Below, in pieces: positions 46,587 through 57,820 of a DNA stretch of 64,000 nucleotides (position 1 is the stretch's first letter; every line of letters starts with the position of its first letter). The notes under the pieces are model-generated. The model had not been told where the DNA came from. It was given only the letters and a program-made list of their open reading frames with translations, and ran no database searches. The translations under genes were made by a program, and so were the position numbers. The stretch lies in NCBI GenBank assembly GCA_964270895.1, contig OZ185452.1, one strand, 5' to 3'. Origin of the DNA: Podarcis filfolensis (Eukaryota).

Positions 46587-46653
46587 CATAGAACTGTAGA
46601 GTTGGAAGGGACTCCAAGGGTCATCTAGTCCAGCCCCCTGCAGTGCAGGAATC
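46587..46653 (-). mobile_element. CR1/SINE 3' tail fragment
   Basis: catagaactgtagagttggaagggactccaagggtcatctagtccagccccctgcagtgcaggaatc is the reverse complement of the same tail family. Confidence 0.8.
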
Positions 46654-46756
46654 ACAACTATCATGTCCCTTTCCTTCCCTTCAACCTGCCTTGTCTGTCT
46701 TCTCCTGCTGGAAGATCTGCTTCTGTTTAGGCTCCCCTCAAAACTTCCTGCAACTG

Positions 46757-46874
46757 GCATGAGACTCTTCATCTCAGGGTTGTGGGTTCGAGCCCCACAT
46801 CACTATAAGATTCCTGCATTGCAGGGGTTGGACTAGATGACCCATGTGGTCTCTTCCAATTCTGCAATTCTGTG
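46757..46874 (+). mobile_element. tRNA-Lys-derived SINE with CR1-type 3' tail (5' truncated)
   Basis: gcatgagactcttcatctcagggttgtgggttcgagccccac is the 3' two-thirds of a tRNA-Lys(CTT)-like head with a B box, followed by gattcctgcattgcaggggttggactagatgacc...ttccaattctg. Confidence 0.75.
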
Positions 46875-48058
46875 TGTCTATGCTCAGAACCCGGCTGAGG
46901 GTTTGGGGCCGAAGCCCAAACCCTGGGTGCATTTAACAAAACAAAATCCTGTATCCTAACACATGCTGCTGGCTTGGCAGGAAAGCCTGAAGTCAGCCCC
47001 TGAGTGAGGCTTGTTTCTGTTCCTGCCGAATTGTGCTGAACTCCCTCCACCCCTGCTTCAGCTCCTTGCTTTTCTTGCTAGAGGAGACCTGATGGGCAGC
47101 GGTGGGGGGAGAGGAGGAAGAGCAAGGAGGGCTCAGCTCTTTGGACTTAGCTTGGGGTCAGACCCCAGGTGTATTGATGTAAGCACCCCCTCTCCTCACA
47201 CACACCTTGCACCGATTGGGGCAAAGCATCGTAAAGCAACATAAAAATGCCATTAGCAGTCAGGCCACAAACGCAATATCATAAAAGGTAATGAAATCAC
47301 ATTAAAATATTAGAACGCCTTAAAAGGTTGGAAATAAAAAGCCCAAACGAGAAAACCACACACATGCAAAGGGCAGGCGGGGAGTGGATCACCCAGAAAC
47401 CTCTGGTGGATAAAGGAGATTGCTGGTTTCCAGTTATTGACAACCATGTCTGACACAGGCTTCTTCATCAGGAGTCTGGCATCTCCAGATGAAGAGTTGT
47501 GTGAGACTCAAACACTTGCCCTCCCCTTCAGCAAGGCAGGCTGGTCCAGGAATGAAGAGGACCTCCATGCCAGTGTTGAAGTATCTCCTATTCCTAATTT
47601 TACACACACCTCCATGCCTTGATCCCTTTACTTCTGGTTGTCTGCCTTCTCTCCTTATCTCCACTTGCCATCAGCAAAGCAGAACGTTAGGGCAAGGCAG
47701 CCAGATTCATGCAGAGATGGACTTCGTAAGTTACGGTACTCTGGACCTTGGTCATTCAGGCCTTTGTAGGTGGAAGCAACTTTAAAGCCATAGCACCTGT
47801 TTTCTCAGCTGCTGTTAGGGAGCAACTGTATTAAGCCATTTTAAAACTTGCAGCATGCTTGTCCACATAATGTCCCTGCTAGGTAGGCAGCTTTTAGTCC
47901 TATCTAATCTGAGAGGAGCTTACCCACGGCTTCAGTCCCGTGCTCTCATAAGACCAGCTCTTCAGTCCCTGACCAACGCATGCCTTTCCTTTGTCCCTGA
48001 TGCTGGCACTCTCCCTCCTCTAAGAACAGATGTGCTTGGCTCCTGGGATCCCATCTTT

Positions 48059-48131
48059 CATAGAATCATAAAATTGTAGAGTTGGAAAGGACCCAAAGGG
48101 TCATGTCCAATCCCTCCTGCAATGCAGGAAC
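48059..48131 (-). mobile_element. CR1/SINE 3' tail fragment
   Basis: catagaatcataaaattgtagagttggaaaggacccaaagggtcat...ctgcaatgcaggaa. Confidence 0.75.
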
Positions 48132-48815
48132 CACAGCTTTCCTACTCTGCTGCCAAGTGATAATAAACTACACGTAGAGATTTGTGGCGCCCACTTTCAA
48201 AGAGCACATTTTGGTTTGGAAGTCTCACAGGAGCATCTTACAAACACAGGAAGCTGCCTTTCGCCAAGTCCATCTCTTGGTCAATCTAGCTCTGTATCGT
48301 TTGCACTGACCGGCAGCAACTCTCCGGGGCTTCCTAGAGGGGTTGTTCCCAGAGATTGACCCCAGGCTCCACCCCCGCTTTATAACCCTTTTCTTAGTCA
48401 TCATGGTTGCCATTAAAGGGTGACTTTGATAGGAGTGTCAGGAGCCACCTTCTTCCTCTGATTCAGAGAGTTGATCCACCCAGCCCAGTGCTGTCTGCAC
48501 TGTGCAGCAGCAGGTTTCTGGAATTTGAGCCTCTGGGGCCTTTCCTGACTGGAGATGCCAGAGATGGAACTTAGCACCCCGTCCTGCTGGTGATGCCAAT
48601 CTTGGTTGAGCAAAGCACCGCTTTAAAGAAGAGCATCACCAACTGCCTCAGACCATTTGGGGCATCAGTATTGCCTGAGGGTTTCAGAAAGGGACCTTTT
48701 TGCTCCCTGAGGGAGTTGGTGATTGAACCCAAGACCACCTGTGTGGAAGGCACATGGGTGCCCCTTTGATAAGGGCCACTTATTCTGGGGTGGGTGAACA
48801 AGGATGGTGGTCATT

Positions 48816-48849
48816 CTCCTCCTCCTCCTCCTCCTCCTCCTCCTCCTCT
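48816..48849. repeat. (CTC)n trinucleotide microsatellite
   Basis: Seen directly. Confidence 0.9.
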
Positions 48850-49072
48850 TCCTGGGCTCAGTCTTATTTTGGGAGCCACAGAGCTGTGGGAAAGGGCTGG
48901 TTATCAATACTCCTCCCCCCTTCCACCACACTTTGCAATACATGCAAAAAAGGAGCCGTCATGAATGTCTCCCCCCTCCACCTATCTCCCTCATCCGCGC
49001 TTGGGCCTTTCTGCCTCTGATGGCACAGATGATGTTCCTTTTAAAAAAAAAAAACGCTGACAAAGTCTTCCG

Positions 49073-49086
49073 GTTGCTATGGCAAC
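49073..49086. promoter_or_regulatory. RFX X-box motif
   Basis: GTTGCTATGGCAAC fits the palindromic RFX consensus; adjoined by an ETS-like TTCCGG. Confidence 0.5.
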
Positions 49087-51723
49087 TGTGGCAGTAATTA
49101 GGTTGGCCTGGTTTCTCGTGCCTTGAAAGTGTGGGGTGGGGGGGACACAGGAAAGAGGCAGGTGGTGTGAAGATACAGAGGAATTTGCACTGGGGGCAGC
49201 AGCAGGGGGGCAGTTTTGGTGCTGAAATCATCCCCTTGCAATTGTGCGTTAATTCATCTGGAATCCCCACCTCTGCTCCAACGCAGTCCTTGCAAGGAAC
49301 AATTCAGCTCAGAGCCACCATCACCCTCTTCCCCTACTGTTTCCAGAAGCTCAGTGGGTGGGGGGCAGAGGGGAGATCAATGGATAGGTGTTGGTGGGGA
49401 TGTTACCTGATCCTGAAAACACACACACCACCATGGGAGAAGCACGCAGAAGGCATTTGGATGTTTGGAGACAGATGAGCGTGGCCTCCTTAGTGGGGAC
49501 CGAGTTGGGCAGCAAACCCAGAATTTCCAGGGTCCTTCCACAACAGGCATGCAAGGTGGAGCTGCCACAATTTTTAGTAGAGCTCTGCCAAAAATTCCTT
49601 TTCCAACCAGGTGTTGCGGGTGGAGAATGAAATAAAGCTCTCTTGAAAGATCGTGGGGAGGGAATTCCCCCCGCCCCCAGTATTTTCATCGGTTTGCAGC
49701 TCACCTTGCTGACCCTTATAAGGTAGCCTGTGCTTTTGTAGGTGGGGGTTGGTTATTAGACTAAAAAGGGGGAGTCCTGTACCACTCACAGCTGCACAAG
49801 GCTCATTCCTTTGTTTTCGGCCAGCCGCACTTCCCAGAATGCCTTGAGAGCAACGTCCCCAAATGACATCCCAGAGCATGGCCAGCAAGAAACCTCAAGA
49901 GGCTCTTTCCAAAGCTTCCCACTAGCCAGCCACAGTACCAGAGGACAGGGAGTGGCAATCCCCTCCTGAAAATTTTGGAGAAATTTATATCCCTCAGAAA
50001 TGTGGCAGAAAATCACCCTCCATTTTCCCAGGGGGAGAATGTCTCAGGGACCCCAGAGGGGCTACATGACCCCGTCACAGAATCCTCCTCCTATCTTTTT
50101 CCATCGCCTTCCATCTTTTTTCAGACCACAAAGAAGGCAGATCTTTTTTGGCAATGGTGTTGGGGAATGGAGGAACGGTTTCTATTTTTGTAAATTTAGA
50201 TCTCCTTTGCATTCCTTTTCTGCCTTTTCCAAAAAGCATTGCTTTTGAACCTTCCTCCACTCAGCACACCTTTACTATTGCCTTCCTGGTCAGCAGCATT
50301 TTATCATTTTGTTTTATTTTTAATCCCGCTTTTGATGAGCACTAAAACACTTTTCGGATGGATTTTTTTAAATTAAAACATTTGCACTGCAAAATTTAAA
50401 TGAATAGGTGCTATCACAATCCTGAAAGTAATCACTTAAATAAATAAGCTCTTTAGCGTAATTGATTTTTTTATTTTTAAGGACCAATTTCAAATTGTTT
50501 ACAAATGGCTGTTCAGGCGAATCGTCCCCTCTGCTCTGATGCAGCGATGTTGCGCTCACCTGAGTAGATGGAACATGGCAGGGTGTCAGCAGAAAAAGCA
50601 CACTATCTCTTAAGAGCATAGAAACAAGGTCCACTCATAGCAATGACTGGGTAGCATGAGGAGGCTGTGTTGTCTGGGAGGGGCCCCCCAGAGGTCTACC
50701 ATCCCCCCACCCAAAAAAAAAAAGGCTTGGTTCTCCAAAACCAGCTTCCTCTGCTGCTTACAGGTCTCTCTGCTCTTCTTCCAGAGCATCTCCTGGGAAG
50801 AACAGGGCAGCCCAAAATGCTCTGGTGATCTGCTCTCTCTATCTCTCTCTCTCCCCTAGCCATCCACCTCAAGGGCCTCTCCAGTGAGAGCACTTCTTCG
50901 CTTCCCAAGGGCCCTCCATGATACTCCAGCCACCCTCTGTCATCCCCGTTGGCCACTTGGCACAACAGCCAGCCGGATGAGTGGGTGGAGGGAGGGAGCA
51001 GGCCAAGGACCCTGATGGGCCTGGTCATTTGTCTCTCCCCTTTCCCTGTGCTGTGCAACTGCCTGGCTTCCAGTAAGCGTCTTCATCACAAGTTTGCCTC
51101 ATAAAGGGGTTTATCCCCCCGTGAGAAACCATCCATTTCTGGCCTGCCGCATTTCACTTATTCCGGGAACAGAATCTGGGTTCCCAACAGAAGGATTTGT
51201 CCTCTTTTTTTTTTTTTTTAAGGCACCAATTTCCAGACACATTCACAAGAGAGGGAACGTAGCATGCCAAGGGGGCAGTCCTGGCCTCCCATACCCCCAA
51301 TGAATGCTCAGTTTCAGGCAGCGAGGAATTCAGCTTGGAGATGGGCACCTCATGTGGAGTTGGGGGGGGGTGAAGCCTGAGCATGGAGCTCAAGGATAGC
51401 GCCAGATCCTAAGGACTTTGAAAAGAGAAATGATAAAAAAGAGCTCTCCCTAGGAAAATGGAGCATGTGCAGAGTGCATTTTTCACCCCCACTGACCACA
51501 GTTGGGCTCCACAGCCCTGGGATTCTGGCATACCCTTCCAAGACTCACCTTCTGAAAAAAGCCCAGGGCAAGGTACTCAGGGCTGCTTGGATACCATCTG
51601 CATCCCCTGGTTGTGAGGGTTGGTGACACGGTAGTGAAAGGAAAGCACTCTGCACATGCTTATAGCCACGTCTTTATTCCTGTTATTCTGTGTAATCCAG
51701 GGTGGAGAACGGGCTTGGTTCAG

Positions 51724-51773
51724 GTGAGCCACAACTGAGTTGTGAGCCACAACTGAGGTGAGCCACAACTGAC
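51724..51773 (+). repeat. Three tandem copies of GTGAGCCACAACTGA(G/C)
   Basis: Units start at 51724, 51742 and 51758. Confidence 0.9.
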
Positions 51774-52714
51774 CTGGATGCAGCAGAATCGAGTTGTGGT
51801 GGGGGGTTGTAGCAAAGGAAGCCGCCTGCAAGACCAAGCCCTCCTCCAGCTGCCTGTAAGGCAAGACCCCGCGTGGCAGTGAAGGAGTGCAGAAGCGGGA
51901 ACAGATTTCTGCTGCTTTCCCACGTCTCTTGGCACCAGGCAGGAGCAGGATGCGCCTCCCAAGAGCAGGCGGGTGCTACGGCAGAAGGAGGCGAAGAGGC
52001 AGGGGCGTCTCTCCTGCCATCGTTTGTCTCCAAAAGCGCCTCATTTATATTCCCCTGTAAGAACAGGGTCCTGCTGATTGATTCTGTGCCCCAGGTTCCT
52101 GTCCAAGCCTTTGTTATGCTAATTCTGACACAAGGAGGTTGATACGGATGGTGGCGCTGGCTCCGGAATATTGATGGCGGAGGGTGGGGGGAGAGCAAGG
52201 AGGCCCCTCCTCTTCTGAAATTTATGTCCTCCCCTTCCTCAAAGGAGCTCTCCTGTGTGGCCCACCACATTGCCCTTGGAGGTAGGGAAGTTGGGGTGAG
52301 TGCAGCCAGTGGCACAGCTGGGATTTTCAGTTAGACACCCTCTGCCACTCCAGGCTGGCATGGACCCCACAAACATCCCCTTCTCTCATCCCAGAAAACC
52401 ACATACAGAAGCTGCCTTCCACTGTGTCAGTTCATCTTGCACTCACAGGCTGCGGTTTTAAACCTGCCTGCAAAACAGGAGCTCAGTCCCTGAAGTTTAG
52501 GGGCCTGCCTTAAAACCACATGGAGGCATTTCCAAACATGTAAGGATGAGAGGAATGGCAGCAGGTGCAGTTGGCAAGTTTACCCAGATACTCCTGAAGC
52601 AGGAACCAGAGGTGGCAATGAGGGGAAGGGGGTTGTTCCACTGGGAGTGGCTGCCACGGGAAGGCCTTTCCTCCGCTGACCTTTCCTACGCCTCTCGTCT
52701 TCCTCTCTCTGCAG

Positions 52715-52793
52715 AACACAGACGACCTCTTGGTGGCTTCGGCCGAGTGCCCCAGCGACGACGAAGACCTGGAGGAGTGCGAGCCTAGTACTG
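52715..52793 (+). CDS. NRXN2: Neurexin-2 Cys-loop exon ([27 protein letters not shown]), containing the conserved VASAEC serine region linked to heparan sulfate attachment and CA10/CA11 binding
   Basis: Branch-like gctgac at ~52675, pyrimidine tract, ctctgcag|AAC; donor ACTG|gtgggt; 79 nt, phase 0 to 1. Functional annotation comes from knowledge of mammalian neurexins. Confidence 0.96.
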
Positions 52794-53003
52794 GTGGGTC
52801 CTTTTCCATCCTCTCAGCCCCGGGGCACACCCACAGCCAGGAGGGGGAGGGGAGCGCACAGGTTCTCATTCACGGGCCCACCTCCGTGCAGCATGCACAG
52901 GTAGTGCCCTCATGACAGGGGGATCAATCCAGGGGTCCTTGAGCAACTGACTTGCTGAAACCAACACAACACAGTAGCAAGACATCATCCAATCTCTTCT
53001 CTT

Positions 53004-53008
<5 letters not shown>

Positions 53009-53082
<74 letters not shown>
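53009..53082. repeat. Compound (CT)n(CA)n microsatellite
   Basis: Seen directly, about 215 nt downstream of the Cys-loop exon donor. Confidence 0.95.
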
Positions 53083-53084
<2 letters not shown>

Positions 53085-54099
53085 CTGCCTTCTCCATTCT
53101 CTGCTCTGCACACAGGAGCCTCCTCAGAGCTGGGTGCTTCTGTGCTTCCGCGACGGCGTTGCGCAAGCGAGGCACTCGGCATCCTCAAAATACCAGTGTT
53201 TGTGTCTTTATACCCTGATTTCGAAGGTGATTTTCCATAGCCGCTTAAAAACGGCAGAATACAAAATTAAAAGTCAAGCAAAGCACTGAGAATACGCAAC
53301 AGCATTTAAAAACACTCCCCAAAATAAGGAAAAGAAGAAGCTATCAGTCATAAAAGGCTTTTTCAACTGCCACCTAAAAATGGAGAGTGCTTGACAGACT
53401 TTCCCCAGGGAGAGAAATTTGCACTTGAGGTGCCCCTCCCCCAAGTACCTGCCAATTAAAGTAGGAGTGCTCAGTCCTCATTCAGCTTGTTGGGAGGAGG
53501 GGATTTGCCCCCTACATTTTTTTTAAAAAATACCTTCTGTTCTTGTGCAAATCTGTGGCGGGGGGGGGGGGCAAGAGTCCCCAAGGCATAACAGTACCTG
53601 CTTCGTTCTTCCTCAGTGGCTTTGCTTTAGCTCCCCTTCCTGTTGGCACTCAGCACCAACTGAGTTTGCTCATAGGGTGGCTGCACCTTACACACCTTGT
53701 ATTTACCTTCCTTGGAAAAAAGGGCAGTCTTATTCTCCGGTTGCAGACAGAAGGGCCAAGGAATGGAGCTTCACATATATGACCTTTACAAGAAAGCATA
53801 ATATTGTTATGGGGGGAAAGACCAGGGTTGAGAGGGAGCAGAGAGGGAGCAGCTACTACATAGTTTCACATCAGAGGCAAGATTCAAAATGGACCACTGA
53901 ACTCTACCCTTGCAACACATTCATTCAGGAGCAGTGTAAAAACCCAGCCATGGTCGCCAAGATCTGACCAGGTGCTAAAAATATGGGCTTTACACCCACC
54001 CACCAGTGGCAATCGGGCTTGTCCCCTGGCATGCCTCCTTTGGACTGCTGTGCCAAAACTTCCAAAAGCTAACCATGGAAAGGGCCTGCCTGCTACAGG

Positions 54100-54270
54100 A
54101 AGCAGGGTCTGTAGCTCATCTTTTGCAAACAAAGGTTTCCAGGTTGAGTCTTCAGCATCCCCAGGTAGGGCTGGGGAAAGATTCCTGCCTGAAGCCCTGG
54201 AGAGCTCATGGCGTGGGAGACTGTGCCAAACCAGATGGACAGATGGGCGGGTTTGGGGTAAGGCACCTTT
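54100..54270 (+). mobile_element. tRNA-derived squamate SINE, same family (degraded)
   Basis: cagcatccccaggtagggctggggaaagattcctgcctgaagccctggagagc. Confidence 0.6.
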
Positions 54271-56589
54271 ACTTTGCACATTGGATTTGGGTCAGAGATT
54301 GTTCTTGGTGCTCATTTGGAAGCTTCCATGCATTGCCTTGTCTGGACTAATCCACAACGGAAGCAGACCCCCCCCCCACAAACGCACATGACATCACTGC
54401 ACCTGTGTGTCACGTCCCCCCGCCGCCATGTGTGGACAGATAGACAAAGCCATCCTTGACACACATACCATCCAAATGAAGCCGCCGCTGCTGCTGCTGC
54501 AAACCATGGCCAGATGTGATTGGGGTGCAGGGCAGAGCAGCAGTTAGGTGACAGGCATATCCAGCACTTTGCATGTGCCCTGTTTAGACCACCCCACCCG
54601 CACCCCCCAAAAAATGTGGCCAGGAACATATTTGTATATATGTATTCGTTGTAAGCATTCCAAAACTGCTTTCAGGTTTGCAGTCTCCCAAAGTGGTTTT
54701 ACATCACAATGTTAAAACAATATAACAGCCATAGAACTTAATGCCATTTGAACTGGCCCATCCTTCCACAACCTGGAGCCTTCTGGAAGTTTTGTATCAA
54801 AACGTCAACCACCCGAAGCCCTACAGAGTTGGTTGGAGTTGGCTGGTGGAAAGCTGCAGTCTAAAATGCCAGGAGGGCCCCAGGTTGGGGGTGGCTGAAT
54901 GGGCCTTTCTTCCAGCATGCCCCCACTGGGGTTAGGGCTTCTGGGTATCTGCACCTTTAAGCTCCCCTTGTGGCATCTGCTTTGTCTACAGCATCAAGCC
55001 ATTGGGAGAGGTGTTTTCTTGGTCGTAGAGCTTGATGGAACTGAGCAGCAGGGCCGTGGGTATGTCACAATTCTGGTGAATCAAAGCAGGATGGTTCTTG
55101 GTGCCTTCCTTGGCTTTGTGAGAATCTTTGCTGTCAGCTGCTGTTTTGCAAAGCAAGTTCCTAGCCTTGTGGCTGGAAGTGTGTGAGAGGGGGCTGTCTT
55201 ATGCAGCTCCCCATGACTACTGAGAAACCAGAACAAAATATGCCAAGGAGGAAGACTTTTTGTAAACTGCTTTGAGATATTTTTTACCATCAAGTGGTAT
55301 ATAAATTTTGTGACATAAATAAATACATAAATATAACCCCAGTCATATATGCAAAATAACAGGGAGTTCTGCAGGTCAGCCAAGTTTGCATATTTTTTCT
55401 GGTTGCAGCTAAATCACACCTCTCAGTGTAAAAGGGAAAGAGATAATCTCCCCACTCCTGCAGGGTAGGATGGGAGGAACAGAGCAACCCTCAGCAGTGA
55501 TAAGAACAACATCAAACGCAAACCCTAAAAGCTTCTGAAGTTTGAGCGATCTTTCTGCAATGCCCCAGAAAACAGACTCCTAGAGCTTGTTACAAAAGGG
55601 CTGCCTATTCGTGTGATATTGCCCCAAGCTCACTGCCCACAATGGGGAGGCAGGAAGAGAGAATGAGGGAGGAAAGAGGCCCCTTCAGTTCAGGGTCCCC
55701 TCTCAGAGCTGCTGCTCCCAGATGGGGTCCAGTTTGGGGTTTGGGAAGTGAACATGCTTGGTGGCAGAGGAGAAGAAGCAGGTCAAGGTCAATGGGGAGA
55801 CTTCACAAGATCAGGTGTTAACTGAAGGGGAAGAGAAAGCCACCTGGTGGCTGCTGTGGTGTGGACCCATTGACCAGCCTGAGAACCCACAGCTTTGATC
55901 AGCATGTCCCCACCCCTCCACTCCCCCAAAAAATAAGGTCTGCAGAAAGATGTTGCTGGAAGCTTACTTCCTCTGAATCCCACCACCTGTTAATCTGGGC
56001 CATTTTTTCTGTGGCTCTTGAGTCTCCAGCAAGAGACTTTCCTAGCCCCTTTTGGAGATGCCAGCAAGGCTGAACCTGGCAGCCACCTGCACTGCAGCCC
56101 TTCCCTGATGTGGCCGTTAGCAGTCTGGCAGCAGATCAGGGGACAAGCCCCCATGCGATATCCTCTCCCCTTTCAGATCCAACCCTTGATGCTGCCAGAG
56201 CCACCTTCCTACCACCGTGTGGAAGGCATGTTGCAGTTCTGAATATGCTTGTCCAGTCTTAGCGACTTGAAGATGTAGCTGTGGCCTCTGCTCTCCACGT
56301 CCTTCAGCTGCTGTCTTGATCTCGGTGGACATCTGTGATTCACTTGGGCTGATCTTGCTCCCTGTTCCCTCAGCGTTGAGGGTCCTGCTGGCCCCAGCTG
56401 TCAGCTCAGATCACCCTGGACAAATGCCGGCCTCTCCCCATGACAGACTCTCGCTCTCTCTTCAAGTGAAGTGGTTCTGACATGGGCCTCAACCTCCCCC
56501 CGCCCCCTGGCCTTGCAAGGGCCAGCACAGAAACACAAACATCCTGCCACACATCTTCCACACCTGCACCCAGGCAGATGAGCCTGCCA

Positions 56590-56720
56590 GGGTTAGGCTG
56601 GGAGGGCCCCAAGTTTAAATCCCCACTCAGCTATGAAGCTCTCTGGGTGGCCTTGGATTGGTCACCCTTTCTCAGCCGGCCTGCCTTGGTTGTAGTGAGG
56701 ATAAGATTGGGAAGGAGCTC
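56590..56720 (+). mobile_element. MIR/Ther1-derived squamate SINE fragment
   Basis: agtttaaatccccactcagctatgaagctctctgggtggccttgg...ctttctcagcc...ggttgtagtgaggataa. Confidence 0.65.
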
Positions 56721-57067
56721 CAGACACCTGGGAACAGGGCAGAGGCAGGCCAGATGCCCAGAGGTCCAAGGCAGAGGGTGTGAGACTTCTAGACTAGTTT
56801 TTTTCCTGGCAAAAGGACAAACTTCTCCCCATTCCCAAACAATAAGTCTGGGTTTGAATTAGGCAGTGGTGGTGGTGAGAGGGAGCAGGATAGTCTGGAG
56901 CTAAGGCAGCATAGTGGAAAGCCCAACCATGGGGGTCATGGCTTTACAAGAGAAAGTGCACCCCCCCCAAGGGATCATCTTTCTCCATGAGCCCAGGGCG
57001 TCTTCAGTTTGCCTTCTTCACACAGCCCACGTCTGGTAAATATTACAATACCATGGGTGTGAATCAG

Positions 57068-57160
57068 GGAGGAGCCATGACTCAGTGGCAGAGCAGCTGC
57101 TTGGCATGCAGAAGGCCCCAACAAAATCCCCAGCATCTCTAGGTAGGGCTGAGAACAGCC
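57068..57160 (+). mobile_element. tRNA-derived squamate SINE 5' part
   Basis: ggagccatgactcagtggcagagcagctgcttggcatgcagaaggcccc...agcatctctaggtagggctg. Confidence 0.65.
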
Positions 57161-57214
57161 GTTCAATGAGACCAACTAGGAGGGACATAACCCCTTTTTC
57201 TGTAAAGCATTACT

Positions 57215-57310
57215 GACCCACAGGTCGGGGGAGGCTCCATAGCCACCCAGAGTGGCTGGGAAAACCCAGCCAGTTGGGCAGGGTATAAATAATAAAATTA
57301 TTGTTGATAT
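57215..57310 (+). mobile_element. L2-like 3' end typical of lacertid genomes
   Basis: gccacccagagtggctgggaaaacccagccagttgggcagggtataaataataaaattatt. Confidence 0.55.
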
Positions 57311-57339
57311 TATTATAGGCTGCAGATGGTTTAGGGGCT

Positions 57340-57545
57340 ACTGGCCAGGATGACTCTTCTACCTTCACACTCAGAAGCATTAAGTGCCTCTGAATACCAG
57401 TTGCTGGAAACTGCAGGAGAGGAAAGTTGCGTTTGTGCTCAGGTCCTGCTTGTGGGCTTCCCCTAATGAGCATCTGGTGGGCCACTGTGAGATCAGGATG
57501 CTAAACTATTGTCCCCCTTGGGCCTGATCCAGCAGGGCTGTTCTT
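57340..57545 (+). mobile_element. CR1-type 3' end fragment
   Basis: gcctctgaataccagttgctgg...cctgcttgtgggcttccc...gccactgtgagatcaggatgct...ggcctgatccagcagggctgttctt. Confidence 0.75.
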
Positions 57546-57641
57546 TGCAGGGAAGGCATGCAAGGCGAGGCATCCTCTATGCCTGGTCACTGAATTTCTC
57601 CTTGTCTTCATGGAGGAGGAAGGATCCAGCAGTCCTAGGAC

Positions 57642-57820
57642 CATAGAACTGCAGAGCTAGAGGGGATCCTGATGGTCATCTTATCCAACCCCCTGCAATG
57701 CAGGAATCTCAACTAAAGCATCTGTGACAGATGGTCATCCAACCTCTGCTTAAAAACCTCCAGTGCAGGAGAGTCCGCCATCTTCCACGGGAGTCTGTTC
57801 CACTGTCAAACAGCTCTTAA
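57642..57820 (-). mobile_element. CR1 LINE 3' end fragment
   Basis: Same tail plus upstream CR1-like sequence (ggtcatccaacctctgcttaaaaacctccag...ctgttccactgtcaaacagctctta). Confidence 0.75.

Noticed and set aside
46757-46800. tRNA-Lys gene
   Set aside because: The 5' stem and D-arm are missing and it runs straight into a CR1-type tail, so it is a SINE head.
49433-49630. Perfect Kozak accaccATGg ORF near the RFX site
   Set aside because: No good phase-0 donor (AAG|gtggag is weak), and the Kozak context arises from a CA repeat.
51724-51773. CRISPR-like repeat array
   Set aside because: Eukaryotic intron; the units abut with no unique spacers and there are no cas genes.
52245-52295. In-frame 51-nt pseudo-exon (aaag|GAGCTC...GGG|gtgagt)
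   Set aside because: Weak AAG acceptor and a competing internal donor at 52282; it illustrates the background rate of exon-like sequences.
52794-52906. Alternative donors extending the Cys-loop exon (CAG|gttctc at 52862, CAG|gtagtg at 52901)
   Set aside because: Both end in phase 0 instead of phase 1 and have weak intronic consensus.
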